NCBI GenBank assembly: GCA_048772705.1
Contig: JBLWGC010000160.1
Location: 42,692 to 106,691 of the forward strand
Direction: 5' to 3'
From: Leidyana gryllorum EB-2025a
Lineage: Eukaryota > Protista > Apicomplexa
DNA length: 64,000 bases
Shown here: piece by piece, positions 23,486 to 33,833 of the stretch
Layout: each line of letters begins with the position of its first letter
How positions within the stretch are numbered: position 1 is the first letter of the stretch
Notes under the pieces: model-generated
Database searches by the model: none
What the model was told of the DNA's origin: nothing
Seen by the model: the letters and a program-made list of their open reading frames with translations, nothing else
Translations under genes and position numbers: made by a program

Positions 23486-23836
23486 GGTTGCGAGGGATGG
23501 GATTTGAAGATTGCCAGGCACAACGTTTTCTAGGAGGTCAATTTAGTTGTGTGATGCATATGTATAGAAGTACCCATCAAGCCGTCAGATGCGTACTGTT
23601 TTTATTGCCATGCGTGAATAGAACTTGAATGTGCTCAAAGGAGGATATTCTGTCAAGTTTGGAAAATCGGTGGAGCTTCCCTTCTCGCACATGTAACCCT
23701 AATATCCCGGAGAGTGGTCTGATGTGTGCGGTGGCCGCCCCTTAGCGATCTGTAATTTTCGATCGATCGATCTCGGAGCGACTTATTTACCCTCATTGAT
23801 ATTCGAGAGAGAGACACTTATCCTACAGAGAGAAAG

Positions 23837-24061
23837 ATGAATATTGTTCGCCTTTGTGTGGTCCTCGGCTTGATCGGCACTTGCGAAGGATCGTTGCGAA
23901 AGGTAACATTAGAGCGCGAGCGAAAGGCGCAATTGGCGATGAAATACAAAAGTCCCTCATTCGCGCTTCCGGGGGAAATGTTACAGGTTGTTGGCAAATC
24001 TCAAGGTCCTCCACGAGCAAATAATAAGAAGGTTGTTGAGGTTGTGTATCCGCATCATTAG
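23837..24061 (+). CDS. Small (74 aa) putative secreted basic protein
   Basis: MNIVRLCVVLGLIGTCEG looks like a cleavable signal peptide. The ORF starts with ATG in otherwise intergenic space. Confidence 0.5.
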   Translation: MNIVRLCVVLGLIGTCEGSLRKVTLERERKAQLAMKYKSPSFALPGEMLQVVGKSQGPPRANNKKVVEVVYPHH

Positions 24062-24101
24062 AGTTGAGTGAAGCTTTTTGTGACTGCTACGTAGACCTGT
24101 T

Positions 24102-26093
24102 CTACAATGCATGATTGTATATGTGGATTCTTCGTGTCGAGACCTGCGTGGATGAATGTTGCTGCTGAGAGTTATACTTGCTATGGAGGAGCTGTGCGTT
24201 GGCCCGGGCAGCTACTTCACGTCTAAGGGCTTCCGCCAGCGGAGCTTTCAACGATTTGCTCGACAAAGAAGAACCGCCGTGAGCTGACCGGGTGGTACGC
24301 TTGTGGAAGTTCGCCGATTTGTACTGCTTCAGCATCACTGCCTCAGCTTCGCCATCGTCACTTTCCCAATCACCAACCGCCGGCGACTGATTAAATACCG
24401 TATCAGCCTCGTCGTCGTCCACGATGATTGAGACGCTGCTGTCTCCAGTTGGATTGTCCACCTCAGCGTCATCGCTACCCAAGCCAATAAACCCTTGCTC
24501 ATGATGTAAACTCTCGTCGTTTTCATCAATTGCTTCCCCCAGCGACAACGGACTCCACGCAGCACGACGACTGTGCTCACCGCTCACTACAAATGAGTGC
24601 ATACCTGCCGTGGAAGCTTTGGCGGCATAGTCCCGCTCCGTCCGCCGGCTTCCGCACGAACTTAGCTTCCTGGACAGATTGTTGGGCCTGCACATAGCGC
24701 ATCAACACCACATTTCGGACACAACGTAGGTAGGTAGGCAGGTAGGCAAGCAAAGGTAGATTTTCGCAAAGCCAGCAAACTCTCACATTGACATGGACAG
24801 ATCAATTATTATAGAATAACTAGTCTTTGGTGGGAGATCTTACATCGACGACGAGCCTGCTGTAGCACACGTCGGCCCAGGATTACGTAGCCAGGGGTGA
24901 TTCATAGCACCTTCGGGAGTCATCCGCTTCACAGGATCTTTCTCAAGTAGGCACTTAATAAAATGTATCGCGCTTTCCGACGGAGGTGTGGAGGTCCTGG
25001 CATAGTCCGGCTCGCTCTTCAGGATCCGTTGCTGTCGATATTTGGTGTATGTCAGAAACAGGGAATAACAGAAGAAGCGCTCCCGCTATCACATCAGCGG
25101 CAAGAACCGAGTACACACTCACCGCTATCTGCTTTTGATCAGATCCTTCGAAAGGATACCGACCATAAAGCATCAGGAACATCACAACCCCGAGTGCCCA
25201 TAGATCCACTTCCTTACGATAGCTTCTGCAAGTTCAAGAAGATCGTGTGCTATCGTTCGGCCGGAGACACTACACACACCGTTTGATGAGCTCAGGAGCT
25301 ACATAGTGAGGAGAACCGCACACTTGCTTCAGATAGCGATCAGTCTCCGTCAACTGCAGTGCAACGAGTTGTGGGTCCATTCTCGGTCACTGCATGTCCA
25401 CTTACTCGAACCGACATACCAAAGTCAATGAGAACGAGACTAGAAGACGTCGTGTTTGCCGAGTGAAAAAGGAAGTTTTCGGCTTTGATGTCTCTGTGTA
25501 TTATGTCTCTTGAATGGATGTAAGCAATAGCCGCCAGCATCTCGGAGCAGAGACGCGATGCCTCCACTTCCGCGAATTTACGTTTCTGGAAGATCTTCGT
25601 GAATAGCTCTCCGCCATCACATTTCTCCATGATAGCATACAGAAAATGCTTGTCCTCAAAAACCTCGACCAGTTTCACCACATTGGGGTGGTCTGTAGAT
25701 TGGATGACTGTCGATTGAGATTGACGACCTTACCCAGCCGTTGGAGGATATCGATTTCATTCCTGAACATATGCACCAGATTAACAGGGTGGTGGTCGGA
25801 GCCCTTTCTATGTCGTCCAGGGTTCTACGCGGAGTGGGAGATGGGTGACGGCGGGAGCGGAGTTGCCCTACCTTCGCCATTATTTTACATGCGAATTGTT
25901 GATCAGTCTTGCGGTGTAGGCAAAGTCGGACTTGACCAAAGGAGCCGCTGCCCAATATAGGTCCCAGTTTGTAGTGGTCACGAATATCACGGTGCGGGCG
26001 CTGTTCATTGGGTGTTGCGGAATGACTTCCGCCGTGAGAGGCACGTTGCGAAGGGTCGCTCCGCTCGACATTACGAGAGCACTGACAGCCCAT
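24102..26093 (-). CDS. CAMK-group Ser/Thr kinase with predicted N-terminal acylation (multi-exon)
   Basis: Motifs LGSGSFGQV, FACKIMAK, HRDIKAENFL, IDFGMS, CGSPHYVAPE and DLWALGVVMFLMLYGRYPF; starts MGCQCS; no EF-hands seen in the C-terminal tail. Confidence 0.9.
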
Positions 26094-26243
26094 TGTGTAG
26101 TAATAGAGTGGTGTCACTTGGCCCCCATGGCCAGCGCCCTCGATTGGATCTAGCTAACCATTTTCGCTCTTTTTAAGGGTACAGCAGTGAATTTCAGTTA
26201 AGTCTGCGGCTGGGGGGGTGGCGGGGGAATGTATTTCGATATC

Positions 26244-27697
26244 CTATTCTCGTAGACGTCTGGCGAAATCCGCATGGCTTTGATTGGCCGATTGAAGTAC
26301 TTCCTGGTGGACATTACTGCGCGGCACATGGAAGTCTATTGAACGCGTTTTGGTCACGGAGCTCACCTGACATACACGTTTCCGCCCCAACCAGTGTCTC
26401 AAACTCCAGAAAGACATCTCCTGCATCGAGGAACGGATCCTTCTTGGCCAAACTTGGGGTGATGATAATGGCGTTCATGATTTTCCCACAGGGTTCGCAT
26501 CCTGTAGACAGACGTCCCGAAAACAGTTTATGTCGCGAAACAGGTGCATCAAACATGTTGAACTTACCGTCCCGGACGTCGTCAAGAACTTCTTGATACT
26601 CAGCTTCACTTTCGACTTCATGAGGTTGGACAATCTCCTTGAAACAGATGATTCGCGAGTTTGATACCTCCACTACTTCCTGCTGCGGTAGACCAATAGC
26701 AGCTGCCAGAGTGCCTCCAAGCTGAAATTGCGTGTCTCCCGTGTCCCTCCTCCATACTTAAGACTTACCGCTCCCTGGGGTCCCATGAGGTTGGGCCCAC
26801 CCATCATCGCCAAGGCTGGGTTGGTGGCCTGTGTAGCGGAAGAATAATCATTGGGGCGTGAAACCTTGATAGAGACCCCCAAACAGTCCATTCCGTCCAT
26901 GGTGAGGGCCCGCTCGGTCTCCTCCACAGAGGCTGTGTGTGATGGAGTCGATTCGAAAGAGTGCGGCTTACCAAACTCGACGAAACCATAGTTACCCTTG
27001 TCTTTGGCGAACCACACGCACAACACGGGGTCTGTCATAAACGGCGGTTGAGTGTGAATTGAGAAAGCCTGTCTGTCGCGTTACACTCACTCTCCTCGGG
27101 ATCATTGCAGTAATTGCGCTTCTTCATCTCTTGATACACGATCTGTTGGAAGTTTGACTCTGTCAAACCCAAGTGCAGCGGCAGGTTCCCGAAATACAGA
27201 CGGCGGAGCTTGCGGGTGGAGTTGACTAAGATAGGGTCTGACAGCAAGGCACTCTGCACGAATAAGGGCGATGAAACTTGGGGAGAGGGGCAGACACTCA
27301 CAGAAGCACCAGTCTTGGCCACCCATTGGAAGCCATCCCAGAAAAGGCGTACGGGCTCTCTGCCCTCGCTATCCGCGAGCTTTTTGAAGCCTCCGGCCCT
27401 TCTGATACACTCAGCCTGCTGTTTGCGTCTTTTACGCTCACGCTCCCGCGACCGCTCCCGAGAAGTTGATATGTCAAGTCGTCTTCGAACAAAGGGCGCC
27501 CCGCCCGGAGGTGAACGACTGCGAGACCTACTTCGCCGCTTCCGTCGACTGAAAGCCAACAGTTTGAGAGTGTAGTCTTGAGGCACTTACTTTCGGTCGT
27601 CGTTCCTGTCGAAGTCCCTACGTCTGTAATTATCGTACCCGCCGCGCGAGCGACGGTCGCCACCACCTCCTCCCCGATAGTCCGCCTGGTAGGACAT
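26244..27697 (-). CDS. U2AF2: U2 snRNP auxiliary factor large subunit (U2AF65-like), multi-exon
   Basis: An RS-rich N-terminus (RKRRSRSRSRSP), RRM1 (RRLYFGNLP...NYGFVEF...IKVSRPNDY) and a C-terminal UHM (SRIICFKEIVQPHEVESEAEYQEVLDDVR...GDVFLEF). The start MSYQADYRGGG at 27697 is inferred from splicing. Confidence 0.85.
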
Positions 27698-28077
27698 AGT
27701 CCAACAAGATATTTGGATTTTTGGAGCGGTATGATTGCCACCAGACCACCACCTCCTCCGGACCGATGGACTAATATAGCTGACTTCCTACGCAAACCGG
27801 CTGTCTATGTGAGTGAGGTTATCTCGCGTCATGACTCTATGGCTGATTGCAGTGGATGATCCCCATTGCTGGATTTCTGATCTTCTTGATTTTGCCATCG
27901 ATACCGATGCGTGAGGCCGCGAAACTCAAAGTGTGGAATGTTCGTGTTGTTCAGTGTTTGCCGGAGGCCCAAAAGCCAACGAAGATAAGGAGGACTGAGT
28001 TGACGACTGATCAATCCTTTGAGTGGGTATTGCTTTTTTCTCGGCACCCTCGAGCGCGGGCCGTATCAACCTATGGA

Positions 28078-30226
28078 TCAAAACATCACTGGCGGTGGAG
28101 ACCCCTGACTTGCCGCTGCAGCTGTGGGCTCTGCTGGTGGTGCTGCCTTTTGACTATTATTCGGGGGATATTTCCCGCCGCCTCGTCGTCTATTCCCGTT
28201 GTCTTCGGCCATAGGACTCGCAATTTCCCCCTCTTCTAAGCCACATTCACTGTCACTAGGTAACACTCCACCTGGAGCTACTGGAACTCCCTCTTCTGCT
28301 CCATTGCCCGCCTGGGCCTGGCCACGCCTGTCTGCTGCCCGTCTCCATTGTTGCCCGCCTACCTGTTCGATCGCTGCACTCCACTGCGCTATTTCCTTCA
28401 GTCGGTCTTTCGATGTTTGCTCCAGCTGTTCCGGCACAGCTGCATCCAGCTGTTCCCTATTGAACTTGATCTTCTCTAATTGTTCATCCACCCGCACGTG
28501 CCGGATACGGCATTGAGTTCTGCGATGCAGCTGCCGACTCGTCGATTGTTTAGCTCGCTCCCGTTCCCTCTTCAGCGTGAAGGTAGTCCCAGCAGCTGAT
28601 TTCTCCGGGTCGATGGTTAGACTGCGACGTCTATTACAGACAGCAACCATTGGAAACATGCACCCACCTTTCTGCGGCCCCGTGCCCCAGCCAGGGATGA
28701 TGTAATGCTTCCGATGCCGTCATTCTTGAGGCTGCAGACCAGTCAAGATTTCGTTGCACACCCGCGCACACAATGGAGACACCACTCACCAGGATTGTAT
28801 CTTAGCAGTCCAGTCATGAAGTCCCACGCCGCTGAACCAGCCAAATTGACTATTCGTGATTGGAGCATTGTATCCGGGCCACTATTACAGTAGTTTTGTG
28901 CGAAACCCGGGTCGCTCATCATGGGATTAGCTGTTGGTGAGTGTCTCAGTGGCATCGAGTTATATTCCGGCCAGGTTTGCTCATTTGGCGGTCCCAAGCG
29001 CATTATAATTGCCTTCAGCACTCCCAACTCATTCTCGGCCGAGAATAAGGGTTTACCGCAGATCATCTCGTACAAAATGCATCCAACACTCCATATGTCC
29101 GCTGCAGCAGTGTACTCCCGTGAGCCCAGGAGAATTTCTGGGGGCCGATACCACAATGTCACCACGCGATTGGTCAGAGTGGTGTCAAACAAAGTGCCAT
29201 CGGGTTCTGCCAGAATGTCATCCGGACACACATAGCCAGACATTGAGGAGAAGGATCTGGCCAGGCCAAAGTCAGCCAATTTTATATGTCCAGAAAAGTC
29301 AATCAATAGATTGGCCGCTAAGAGAAACGATGGGTGCGAAGAGCAGGAAAGACTCACTTTTGAGGTCTCTGTGTAGAACATTGTGTGCGTGGCAGTGTTC
29401 GAGCGCTTGTAACAATTCTTTGATCACCAACTTGACATCAGGAATCCCCAACAACTTCTGCTCAGCGCAACTCAGCTCAATGTAGGCATGCAAGTCATAG
29501 GGAGTGAACTCGAAAACCATCCAAATCCATCCACTGTTACTCAGCAGAAACTCTTCGGAGTCTCCATGATTGTTGAATGGTGTATACTCGTCACTACCAG
29601 CCTCCTCATTCCGCGCCAACTCGTAGACCTCCTTATTGAGCTTTCGCACTTTGCTTCGATGACCACCCAGCCGCTTAGTTATTGCTTCACGTTGCGCGCG
29701 AAGGCCTTGCAAAGTGGACGGCAGGACTATTTGATCCTCAGACCCGGGCTTCACAGCTAAAGTAAGGAAGAGTGGTGTGCCAATGAGGCCAAAGCGACTT
29801 ACGAATGCTGTAAACTACACTACGGAGCTCCACAATGTTGGGGTGACCCTTGAGAGTCAGCAGTATCGATATCTCTCGCAAGGCCAGGTTTGGAAACCCT
29901 TCACGCAAATCACTCATCTTGAGTTTCTTCAGCCCCACTATCTCGTCATTCCGCAGGTCATTAGCCAACCAGACCTCTCCATAGGCTCCCCGGCCCACCA
30001 GTCGCATCAAAACGTCTGATAGAATAGTGACTATAACACGCAATCGATGGTCCTTACAATTGCTCAGGCGGTCAGACTCATCAATTAGAGACTTCTCAAT
30101 CGTTCGGGACGAGCTGGCAGGGCATATCTCCTCCTCAGCTACATCTTGATATATATCGAGGCCCCTTTGGGCGAGCTCCTTGCCAACTAGCGCTTCTACA
30201 TGGGTTTGTAGCGTGTCAGTGCTCAT
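28078..30226 (-). CDS. Cyclin-dependent kinase, CDK9/CDK12-like (transcriptional CDK), multi-exon
   Basis: Motifs GRGAYGEV, GFPNLALREI (PITALRE-like), HRDLK-ANLL, LADFGLAR and TNRVVTLWYRPPEILLG, with a low-complexity C-terminal tail. Confidence 0.88.
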
Positions 30227-30257
30227 CACATGATGCGCCAAATTTTATCTCACAGGT

Positions 30258-32381
30258 ATGGGACTGGGGCGGAGGCTAGACCTGCGTGATGAAGCAGGCA
30301 ACCGGCAGAGAATCCTAACAGCTACACGTGCTACGGAAGAAGACATTGCTGCACAAGAAGATGACGCACCTGTGGAGGAAAATGTCCCTCAACCGGCATC
30401 CCCTGCCTCTCTCAAGCGATACCCTCCGGGAGAAGAAATGGCTGCCCTAGGTGACTTGGGGGCCATCACAACCTTCAATGGGGAATTTGAGTTTCTGCAT
30501 CCCGATTTACCGTGTGCAGTTGCGTGTCCAGCCAGTATCGGAGACAACGGGGCTTTGCAACAGCTCAAGTTCTTCCCATCCCTCAGCCTGGCCTATTTGT
30601 ATCTAATGAGGGATGTTGAGGGTGACAGGCTGAACGAAACAGACACACCACCCACGGACGAAGCTGCCCGTGACGTCGTTCGCAGCCGTCAGACAGAATT
30701 CAAGGATATTTGCACTGATTCATCATACAGGGTATGCCATATGCTACTTTCCACTTGGAATCCCACTTCAGGACGCGCAGACGAACAGTAATGCGTGGGA
30801 GAGCAAGCGAGCGCACACGCTTGAGGTGTTGACGCGCGACAAGTTTGCGCGTCATAAAGACCTCAGAGCTCAGTTGCTGGCTACAGGCGAGCGATCGCTG
30901 ATCTACTCTGATGCTACCAGCCCTGTGACCGGTACTTATGACTTACTCATTGAACCCAATGAGGTCTTCGGCCGTAGAGGTTTTGCTGGAGACAACCTGT
31001 TGGGGCGGATACTCATGAAAGTGCGAGAAGATATCCGTCAAGGTCACCGCGGTCTCTTCCGTGAGTTTACATATGGTGTGTAGGTGTCATTATTCAATGT
31101 GTTTGTAGGCTGGTTGTTTCAGATGCTTCCTGCGGAGCGTGATCATCAGCGACGTGCTCGTCTGAAAATTGTGGAGTCCAAACCCGGTGCGGATGACAAA
31201 TTAGAAGTCATTCGAGTCCACGAATTGAGTCGAAAGTATGATATCCGAGAGTATTTTGACGCCGCTACCAAAGTTGATCGTCAACAACTGTTTGTGACTT
31301 TCCCGGAGAACGAACGGGAGGAGGTAGTGGACGCGAATGCGGCCTGGCGAAGACGAAAGAAACAGAAATTGGTCGATGATCTTATTGGGGCTGAAACTCA
31401 CGAGGATCAAGCGGCCGCATCCTTTGTAATAGGGATTGGCAAAGTGCCTGAGAACGAGATCACCTGTTTGCATCCTTCTGTTTCGCGTACGCACGTCGCC
31501 ATTATGCCATTCCAAGGCGGTAAAGTGGCACTTGTGGACCTCGCTAGTACCGGAGGCACCTTTGTGTAAGTTCTACGGTCCGCATTCATTGATGCGAAAT
31601 GCCCATTGCAGGAACGACGAAAGGGTTGTTCCATTGATGCCGGTTATATTGCAACCGAACGACGAAGTTAAAGTGGGTTTAAGCCCACGTGTGTTTAAGG
31701 TTCAGGTGAGCCGTCCACGCAGCGCGTTGCGTGACATATCGAGTTATAGTTTCGAGCCGTTAGCAACGCGGACTTGACTGCTCTGAAGATGCAGGAGCTC
31801 GAACGTCAGTTGGCATCGCTGACAGCCTCTCTGAATTCAGCGGCCCCCGCTGACGATCAAAGTGAACGTAATAGAGTGAGTGGCTGCGGGTCTTCGCCGG
31901 GTTATTCCTCACGTCTTCTGCAGAGCATCAAGTTGGAGGGCTTGTCGTACCATACTCGTGAGGACGATCTTCGTGACGCCCTCAAGGCTTACGGTCTGAA
32001 TCCAGAGGTAAGCGTACCTGCAGCTTGGAGGGGTGTGGTGATTCTCTTCCGTCGTGTGCAGAGACTGACATTGAGATCGAGCACGAACACTGGACGAAAT
32101 GGGAATGGTGGCGCCTCAAGCAGCGGAGACCGATATGGAGGCGGCGGAGGGGGGAGATCGGGAAATTCGTCTGCCTCCTCCGCTGGCCGTGGGCGTCGGG
32201 AAGAGCGAGGGAGCCGTTCAGCCGTAATAGTATTTCGGTCTAAGGTGGATGCGTGGAAGGCTCGAGAGGCTTTAAACGAACGAGGAGTCAGAGGCCGTAC
32301 TGTGCACGTGAGCAATGAATTGGCTGACTTTTTCGTCGTTATCGATCAATTTCTGCAAATCTTCAGGCTTCCTGGGCTTAA
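30258..32381 (+). CDS. NADAR(YbiA)-like + FHA + RRM multidomain protein (multi-exon)
   Basis: NADAR: RDKFARHKDLRAQLLATGERSLIY...GDNLLGRILMKVREDI. FHA: IGIGKVPENEITCLHPSVSRTHVAI...LVDLASTGGTFV-NDERV...LQPNDEVKVG. RRM: SIKLEGLSYHTREDDLRDAL...AVIVFRSKVDAWKAREALN...VH-ASWA*. Short GT-AG introns link the ORFs. Confidence 0.75.
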
Positions 32382-33786
32382 GCATAGCTTTATCAAAGCA
32401 TCTTTGACTGGCTTCGTTGGCAGTCACTTGATTGATGGAGGCGTTGCGACGGGAGATATGAGCTGTCCACCACTGGTCACAGGGACAGTCGAGCAGCGTG
32501 TCTATTTCCCGGCGACATCCGCGTGTGAGATAAGGATTCCGCATATACACTATCATTTTCTCCGTGTGAAGGGGAACGATACCCGTGCCGTTCAGCAAGA
32601 GTCCCATCATCGCGTCCTCATTGCGGAAGTACCGCGGGATCTTGCGACGCTGTTCGAGTATCTTGCGAGCGACCATCTGATTCATCACATATGCTGGGCC
32701 GTTGTTGTAGGGCGGATAGAAGTGTCCCTCGATATCGGCTTCTCCGTTGCGTGAGGAGGTGTCGTGATTTATGACCATTCTTGTGCTGGCCCGTCCCATC
32801 CATATGGCATGCTCGCGGGGAAGCGCACTGAGAGCGTCGAGAATCACTGTGAAAGTAGGCCAATTCACCACGACGTCCATGTCCAGCTTCAACAGTATAT
32901 TAGCCTTATGGCATCCAAAGACAAACCATTCGAGCGTAGCTACCGATTTCTGTCCCAGAGCCTCATACATATCATGCATATCGACGATCAGAAGATCCTG
33001 ATACTTGTCGGATTCATCCTTCATCTCCTGCATTATGGGTGTTTCCAGCGACCCCTGTCCCTTTGATGCAAGTGACGGGCGGCCTATGACGAAAATTGGT
33101 TTGGCTCGCTCGGACGAAAAGCGTGCCATAGTCTCACGGATTCTCTGTCTGGCCACAAAGTCTGAAGGTTTTGTGGCAATTGCGGGAATCCAACCGCCCC
33201 CGGCAGCGCAATGGGGATGTTGAGGAAGCGCTATCAGTCGGGCGAATGGGTATATTGACTCATCTGGCTTGGTTTCCCATATTGCTTCTGTCTCGAGCCA
33301 CGGGACGATGAGGTCGGAGATCTTGTCAGCCACACCCTCAATGCGCACTAATCTATCCAATCGTTTCTCACTGACGTTCGGGATCCTTTGTGCCCCTTCC
33401 AGGATCACTAATTGGTGACTCTTCTCTTCCGGTGACCTATCAACAGATGACACCCGTACTAAGGATACGCGAGACGTTTTCTGGGACTTTCTAGTCTGAC
33501 GTGCCAGGAACTTGGGCATATCTACAAAGTCTGCTGATTCAGGCTCCCACGCAGATTGGTTGGCAACGGCTGATGCAATTTCTTGGGCTGGCACACCATT
33601 TTCACGCAGTATCACACCGTTCTCCAGCATTTCGTAGAACGAAAAGGTGAGCAGGATCCAAATTGAGAGCAGCGTCACGAGCAATGCAGAGGCGACGCCC
33701 CCTACCATCGTGCAGCCGCAAGAGGAGGAAGCTGGCTCGTTGCTCGGGGGTAGGGAGAGCTCCTTTGTGCTGCGTGCCATTGCCAT
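32272..33786 (-). CDS. Beta-1,3-galactosyltransferase family (GT31) type II membrane protein
   Basis: N-terminal TM segment, then motifs RQRIRET, DLLIVDMHDMYEALGQK, LLKLDMDVVVN (DxD), YPPYNNGPAYVM and NEDAMMG. Confidence 0.85.
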   Translation of the reverse strand: MAMARSTKELSLPPSNEPASSSCGCTMVGGVASALLVTLLSIWILLTFSFYEMLENGVILRENGVPAQEIASAVANQSAWEPESADFVDMPKFLARQTRKSQKTSRVSLVRVSSVDRSPEEKSHQLVILEGAQRIPNVSEKRLDRLVRIEGVADKISDLIVPWLETEAIWETKPDESIYPFARLIALPQHPHCAAGGGWIPAIATKPSDFVARQRIRETMARFSSERAKPIFVIGRPSLASKGQGSLETPIMQEMKDESDKYQDLLIVDMHDMYEALGQKSVATLEWFVFGCHKANILLKLDMDVVVNWPTFTVILDALSALPREHAIWMGRASTRMVINHDTSSRNGEADIEGHFYPPYNNGPAYVMNQMVARKILEQRRKIPRYFRNEDAMMGLLLNGTGIVPLHTEKMIVYMRNPYLTRGCRREIDTLLDCPCDQWWTAHISRRNASINQVTANEASQRCFDKAMLKPRKPEDLQKLIDNDEKVSQFIAHVHSTASDSSFV

Positions 33787-33833
33787 GGCGAATATGAGGT
33801 GCACCCTTGACAGTTCAAAATTTTGTCTGGGAC

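Noticed and set aside
32382-32754. C-terminal part of ORF 31774..32754 as coding
   Set aside because: It is antisense to GT31; splicing at 32308-32366 ends the RRM naturally at 32381.
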